A stretch of DNA of 64,000 nt from Eledone cirrhosa (Eukaryota). A program made the translations under genes and the position numbers. Under the pieces are notes generated by a model. It did not search any database, had not been told where the DNA came from, and worked only from the letters and a program-made list of their open reading frames with translations. Positions 58,400 to 64,000 of the stretch are shown piece after piece. Numbering within the stretch: position 1 is the first letter of the stretch; every line of letters begins with the position of its first letter. The stretch lies in contig OZ024747.1 of NCBI GenBank assembly GCA_964016885.1, forward strand, positions 92,318,001 to 92,382,000. Reading direction: 5' to 3'.

Positions 58400-59215
58400 C
58401 GGATATACAGACGTATGTTCAGGGCCGGCCCATTCATTTGAAGCATGCTCATCACTCCCGCCTACTTTTCAACAAAATGGCTGGAAGGTAACCTTTCTGT
58501 CTTCACTTTGATTTTTCTCTTCAAGTGAAACTTGAAAAGGTTAATGAGGGATTAATCAAAGAGGAAAGAGTTTTTCTTTAGCCCAATCAGTCGCATCCGC
58601 CATACCACCCCTTTTGTTATAGTTACTAGGCAGATAAGAATTGTCTACCCTTCCCGATTAAAGGAACACAACGGTGTTAGCTTCCAAATGAACTCAGTTG
58701 ATAGCCTAATCCTTCCCACACGTGACAGCAAGTGTTCGACATAAACCCACCAATACTTGAACACTGAACGAATATGTGCAAGACCATTTCATCGCCCTGG
58801 GCGCATCACGAACAGGCCCAGTTGACGGCATAGTCATGATTATAGTGTTTATCATGAACTGGCAATGTGCCTTGGTAGCACTTCCAGACCAGAGATATTT
58901 GGAAGTTATCTATGGGCTCTGGACCGAAAGTCCCCAGGACGATTTTCGTCGACGCCCAGAATCTCCCTAAGAACATCGTTGCTTTTACACGTCACTAACC
59001 CTCTAAAGAAAGCTATGGCGGAGTTTTCACCGACCGCAATGTCTAATTGGAAGAGGACTATGAGCCTTTGAACATATTTTAGTTGCCAAACGGCCTCTTT
59101 CGGTTTTCGTCAAAGAGACGAGCTAAAAAAAACAAGCGTCTAGCAAAGGGCGACCAGACCTGCTCACTGTTAAGTAAAAGCCGATGACGTAACCTCAGCG
59201 CATGTCTACGCATCA
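58400..59215 (-). mobile_element. L1/Tx1-clade ORF2 3' remnant (zf-RVT CCHC)
   Basis: Minus-strand translation DNFQISLVWKCYQGTLPVHDK...CS*CAQGDEMVLHIFVQC. Confidence 0.8.
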
Positions 59216-59221
59216 TCATCC

Positions 59222-59300
<79 letters not shown>

Positions 59301-59447
59301 GCGCGATCTTTTACCATTCCCCACTAGGTGACAGACAATTTACGCCATATACACAACACTTTAATATAGATAGATAGTAAAGATTTATAACTCTTTTATA
59401 TGGTTATACAGAGTATTTTCCCTTCCTAAAATATTTTTCTCTTTAGA

Positions 59448-59625
59448 ATTGTTTCTACTTTTGGCACAAGGCCAGCAAATACTCAGTGTATTACTGGTAC
59501 TTTATTTTATCGACCCCGTAAGGATGAAAGGCAAAGTTAACCTCGGCGGGATTTGAACTCAGAATGGCAAGGGCCGCAACTCTATGCTGCAAAGCATGGC
59601 GTCCGACCCTCTACCGATACTGCCA
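59448..59625 (-). mobile_element. SINE copy
   Basis: SINE motifs. Confidence 0.88.
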
Positions 59626-59702
59626 GTGTATTATATAGAATCAGAAATGAACAAGGAGTTTCATGACAAAGAATGTTGGAATTTTAAGATAATTATATAT
59701 AT

Positions 59703-59866
59703 ATAGGGAAATGTATGACCCCGACGGCAGAGCTCAAGCCGTTTCGACGGCTATTTCTGGACTGCCGTCGGGGTTATACATTTTCCTATTACCCACTCTA
59801 CTACCCTAAGTATTGAGTACTCTGGTGCGTTATGGTCCATCTGGTTCCTTACCACAACTCCTTCGT
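59703..59866. mobile_element. pLTR-like remnant with fold-back hairpin made of two HHR 3' halves
   Basis: Arms 59703-59730 / 59762-59789; actctact...gtattgagtac shared with 62148-62168. Confidence 0.6.
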
Positions 59867-59869
59867 ATA

Positions 59870-59922
<53 letters not shown>

Positions 59923-60192
59923 AAACACCAGAGCCAAAGAAATGTAACAACTTTAGCCGAAAAAGCTTGGACGCTCAGGGATAGCGATCAAAAGTTTACC
60001 CTAAAATGGGAAAAATTAGCTAAAACCCAAAGCTTTTCCAGGAGCCACAATTTCTGCAAATTGTGTAATCTTGAGATCTATTACATAATGACACACAAGA
60101 AGAAATTGCTGAATAACAGAATTGAACGAACATTATTCTGCCGTCACCGAACTAAAACCCTTTTTTCCCACTACAAGCTGAATATTACATAA
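59923..60192 (+). pseudogene. Penelope-like element GIY-YIG endonuclease C-terminal fragment (89 codons, no start)
   Basis: Manual translation KHQSQRNVTTLAEKAWTLRDSDQKFTLKWEKLAKTQSFSRSHNFCKLCNLEIYYIMTHKKKLLNNRIERTLFCRHRTKTLFSHYKLNIT*; CxxC..E..LNxRxE..CRH pattern; 5' end fused to (TA)n. Confidence 0.8.
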
Positions 60193-60467
60193 AAGAGGGA
60201 CAACCCCCCAACTATATAAACCTCAATCTAGTTAGAAAAATATAAAAACAATCTCTTCTCAACATATATATGTATATTAATAACCTTAAATTACCACACT
60301 AATAATGGAAATATATGCTGATGAGAATAGGTGCAAATATGCTATAATGAATGTGTCTAAAAGCGACAATAAGTATGTATATAGATGTGAAAATGTATAT
60401 AAATAAGTAAATATATATATATGTTTGATGTGTATAGTTGGATGTAAGTGCATTCATGTATTAAAGT

Positions 60468-60526
<59 letters not shown>

Positions 60527-61036
60527 GACTGGAGTATGTGTGTATATATGTGTGTGTCTATACGTGTGTATATAAAGATAAGTTGAGTATGAAAATGTAT
60601 ACACATGAACGCGTATGTATGTACATGTATATATGTGTATATATATATGTATGCATGTGTATATGTATGTAAGTATGAGCATGTAAGTATGTGTATGTGA
60701 GTATATGTATTTTGTAGAGGTGTGCATATATGTTTGTGTGTGAATGCGTGGGCGAAAGGATACGTACACTTGAAAGAAAAATTTAAGTCTGAATGTTAAT
60801 TAAAACACAAAACCAACCACGCATATCTATACTATCTCTAATCCTTCTATAGATTTAGAAAAATAACCAATAATATATTCTATAAAAATGTCAAAACAAC
60901 AGATGGAAATCTAATTACTCACTGCCACCAAAAATTCTCACTGCTATCAAAAAACTACTCCCTCAACTATTCTTCTAACAACTTCACCCCTCCCTCCTAA
61001 TATTCTCTATAAAAACCAAACAGGTCCTCAGTAAAA

Positions 61037-61157
61037 TTATTCCGATGAAATGACAGTTGATAATAACATTGAAATATTGAATGTCTACATAACTAATACT
61101 TTGTAGATAGCAGCTGTTTTCAGGTTATGTAACTGTTATAGAAACACGTGTCAATAA
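61037..61157 (+). ncRNA. Type I hammerhead ribozyme, CCGATGA core, ~90-nt stem II domain
   Basis: ttatt CCGATGA a atgacagtt...aactgttat a GAAA cacgtg TC aataa. Confidence 0.75.
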
Positions 61158-61192
61158 ATTCCTTCTTAACTAAACTGTATCCATTAAAATCC

Positions 61193-61258
<66 letters not shown>

Positions 61259-61288
61259 AGATCAAAAGATGGTTAAAAGAGTTCCAAG

Positions 61289-61359
61289 TATTTTATTATG
61301 CGCATTTCAAAAACAAATATCATCATGGGATGATATCTGCGTTTTCATCAGATAAAATA
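61289..61359 (-). ncRNA. Type I minimal hammerhead ribozyme
   Basis: Minus: tattttat CTGATGA aaac gcagatatcatc-ccat-gatgatatttgt tttt GAAA tgcgca TA ataaaata. Confidence 0.85.
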
Positions 61360-61412
61360 GGGATACATGATATGAAGCTTAAAAAACAGTTGTGAATAGT
61401 GAAGTTTTAAAT

Positions 61413-61454
<42 letters not shown>

Positions 61455-61522
61455 ACGTATATATATAGTCTTAGTCACGTGGATTAAAAAAAAAACAATG
61501 ATTATTTTTTATTTAAATCCAC

Positions 61523-61603
<81 letters not shown>

Positions 61604-61750
61604 ACTTATTTTAGTTATTGCTTGCACTGATTTTGAGGTGTCTGGTCTTTAATGCGAAGAAATACCAATGATAGTCAGCAGATCACTGATGATGGACAGT
61701 TCCGTTTCTCGGTCTATTTTCATTCATATATATATATATAATATAAACGA

Positions 61751-61902
61751 TTGTATATGTATAATAAAGCCAAAACAATGCAGGTATGGACATAGAATAA
61801 AGAATGCAAATGCAAAAGATATTGCTGACAATATATTTTGCATTTGCATTCTTTATTCTATGTCCATACCTGCATTGTTTTGGCTTTATTATACATATAC
61901 AA
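61751..61902. repeat. 74-bp-arm hairpin, 4-nt loop
   Basis: 61751-61824 vs 61829-61902, one mismatch. Confidence 0.93.
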
Positions 61903-61949
61903 ACATTTATACCTCATTACACAATGCCTCAAGTGAACTATAACCTCCT

Positions 61950-62068
<119 letters not shown>

Positions 62069-62069
62069 C

Positions 62070-62124
62070 AGGGCTTCCTGATGATTTCTCCCGAATGAAA
62101 CAGGTCTAGTCCTGTAGAAGCCCT
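62070..62124 (+). ncRNA. Canonical type I hammerhead ribozyme
   Basis: agggcttc CTGATGA tttc-tccc-gaat GAAA cagg-tctagt-cctg TA gaagccct; predicted cut after 62116. Confidence 0.9.
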
Positions 62125-62319
62125 TTCTATATTAAATATTTATTTATACTCTACTATGTATTGAGTACCTTACTTACGGTGGTCAACCCCGATTGAACCC
62201 CGGATAAACTTATATATATATGTGTGTCTGTGTATCCCGGGTTCAATCGGGGTTGACCACTGTAAGAAAGGTACTCAATACATAGTAGAGTATATAATGT
62301 TTAATACAGAAATGACAGT

Positions 62320-62373
62320 TGGCTGTTCTGATGATTTCTTTCGAATGAAACAGTTTTAATCCTGTAGAAGCCA
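62320..62373 (+). ncRNA. Type I hammerhead ribozyme, diverged sibling of 62070
   Basis: tggctgtt CTGATGA tttctttcgaat GAAA cag...ctg TA gaagcca; predicted cut after 62366. Confidence 0.75.
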
Positions 62374-62492
62374 TTTCTATATTAAACAATATATATATAT
62401 TATCTAATATAATAAAGAGAGACAAACACAGATATATACATATATGCGTTCAAATCATAAGGGACCTATATATATGTATATATATATATATA

Positions 62493-62678
62493 TAATTGTT
62501 TCTACTTTAGGCACAAGGCCAGCAATTACCCAGTGCGTTACTGGTACTTTATTTTATCGACCCCGTAAGGATGAAAGGCAAAGTCAACCTCGGCGGGATT
62601 TGAACTCAGATCGTAAAGGGACGTAACTATGCTGGAAAGCATGGCGTCCGACCCTCTACCGATACTGCCAATCCACCG
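62493..62678 (-). mobile_element. Young SINE copy
   Basis: Near-identical to 50033-50221. Confidence 0.92.
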
Positions 62679-62749
62679 GTGTGTGTGTAATATATATAGT
62701 TTCGCGATCGATCAGATCAGGATACGATCGGTAGTGATTGCACCTGACT

Positions 62750-63193
62750 CTAGAATCGATAGCTCAGAATGTGTAGCTTAAAGATCAGAGAGTCACTCCA
62801 GGTAGAGCCGCTACTTCTCCGAATTGAGAGATAACAGCTCCGATACTATGGCCATGTGGTTAGAATGTCTCAGGAAAGAATCGCTGGATAGATTTTATGG
62901 GCAAAACCAACCGGTAGGAGACTCTGAAGTAGACCCCGAGCAAGATGGTTGGATAACATCTGTGAGCTTGACTGGTCTCGCTTGGGGATCCAGCTGAATT
63001 AGCTGGAGACGGTTGTTTCTGACAGGATCCGATGGAAGGAATGTTTGAGGACTGTGGCCCCTACAACCTTCTCAGGAATAAGTGGACGAAGAAGAAGAAG
63101 AAGAAGAAGTAGAAGAAGAAGAAGAAGAAGAAGAAGAAGAAGAAGAAGAAGAAGAAGAAGAAGAAGAAGAAGAAGAAGAAGAAGAAGAAGAAG
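62750..63193 (+). mobile_element. RTE LINE 3' fragment with (GAA)n tail
   Basis: Clear nucleotide similarity to 51387-51840; in-frame stops. Confidence 0.88.
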
Positions 63194-63214
63194 ACCTTAA
63201 TATTACCTTTACCG

Positions 63215-63397
63215 ATGGTGGATTGGCAGTATCGGTAGAGGGTCGGACACCATGCTTTCCAGCATAGTTACGTCCCTTTACGATCTGAGTTCAAATCCCA
63301 CCGAGGTTGACTTTGCCTTTCATCCTTACGGGGTCGATAAAATAAAGTACCAGTAATGCACTGGGTAATTGCTGGTCTTGTGCCTAAAGTAGAAACA
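63215..63397 (+). mobile_element. Young SINE with 16-bp TSD
   Basis: aatattacctttaccg at 63199-63214 and 63398-63413. Confidence 0.93.
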
Positions 63398-63873
63398 AAT
63401 ATTACCTTTACCGCATTGACCATAGATTTAGAGCAGTGGATGCTGACAAAGGGCATCTGTAGAGGTGAGTCAACAATAATACTTCACTTTCTTTACAAAA
63501 TGTTTTAGTATGTCGTAAGAATTCGAGCGAAATGAATCATTCAATCAAAAGTACAAGTGATTGATACATTAGTGTGTTCAGACATTGTTATAGTCTAACT
63601 GCCAGTGAGCAGACGAATTTCTAGTCATACATGTAAAATCAAAGTAAAGTGTTCCGTGTCAAGAATTTTAAATTGGGGGGGGGGGGACTGGTCGCCTTGA
63701 ATGTTATGGTACAATCTCTCTTTCAGATTGATTGCGGCAAAGGTAAATACGTCTAGGCATTATTGCGTGCATACTTATATGCATATATTAGCTCTTGGAC
63801 TCTCTCTCTCCCTCTCTGTGTCTCTCTCTATATATATATATCACTATCTCTCTCTCTCTCCCATACACACACA

Positions 63874-63915
<42 letters not shown>

Positions 63916-63923
63916 TGTATATA

Positions 63924-63966
<43 letters not shown>

Positions 63967-64000
63967 TATATATTTATATATATATATACCTTATATATAT

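Noticed and set aside
58460-59200. Promoter/first-exon look-alike (CCAAT, caaaATGGCTGGAAG|gtaacc, tgacgtaa, higher GC)
   Set aside because: The region translates on the minus strand as L1/Tx1 ORF2 zf-RVT
61680-61720. ctgatga + short stem as an HHR
   Set aside because: Followed by gtttc instead of GAAA; no stem I

Overview
AT-rich, repeat-saturated eukaryotic DNA with no host protein-coding exon that I can support; most ORFs in the track are microsatellite translations. The repeat repertoire resembles octopod cephalopod genomes (inference): a ~190-230 bp tRNA-derived SINE with an (ATT)n tail in about 30 copies or fragments, huge (TA)n/(CA)n tracts, RTE, CRE, R4, L1-Tx1 and Penelope remnants, and several MITEs. 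The most striking signal, read by eye, is about 11 type I hammerhead ribozyme (HHR) motifs plus broken ones, of several distinct sequence types, on both strands. Most have their cleavage site about 45-75 nt upstream of a (TA)n tract. They are accompanied by greater-than-unit-length tandem units (495 and 560 bp), many fold-back hairpins (40-550 bp arms) abutting (TA)n, a 250-nt HHR-to-HHR rod-like unit and a Penelope-type GIY-YIG C-terminal fragment. Together these suggest (TA)n-targeting Penelope-like or retrozyme elements. A 74-bp satellite built from alternating inverted half-units is also present. All RNA structures and translations were done manually and need computational confirmation.
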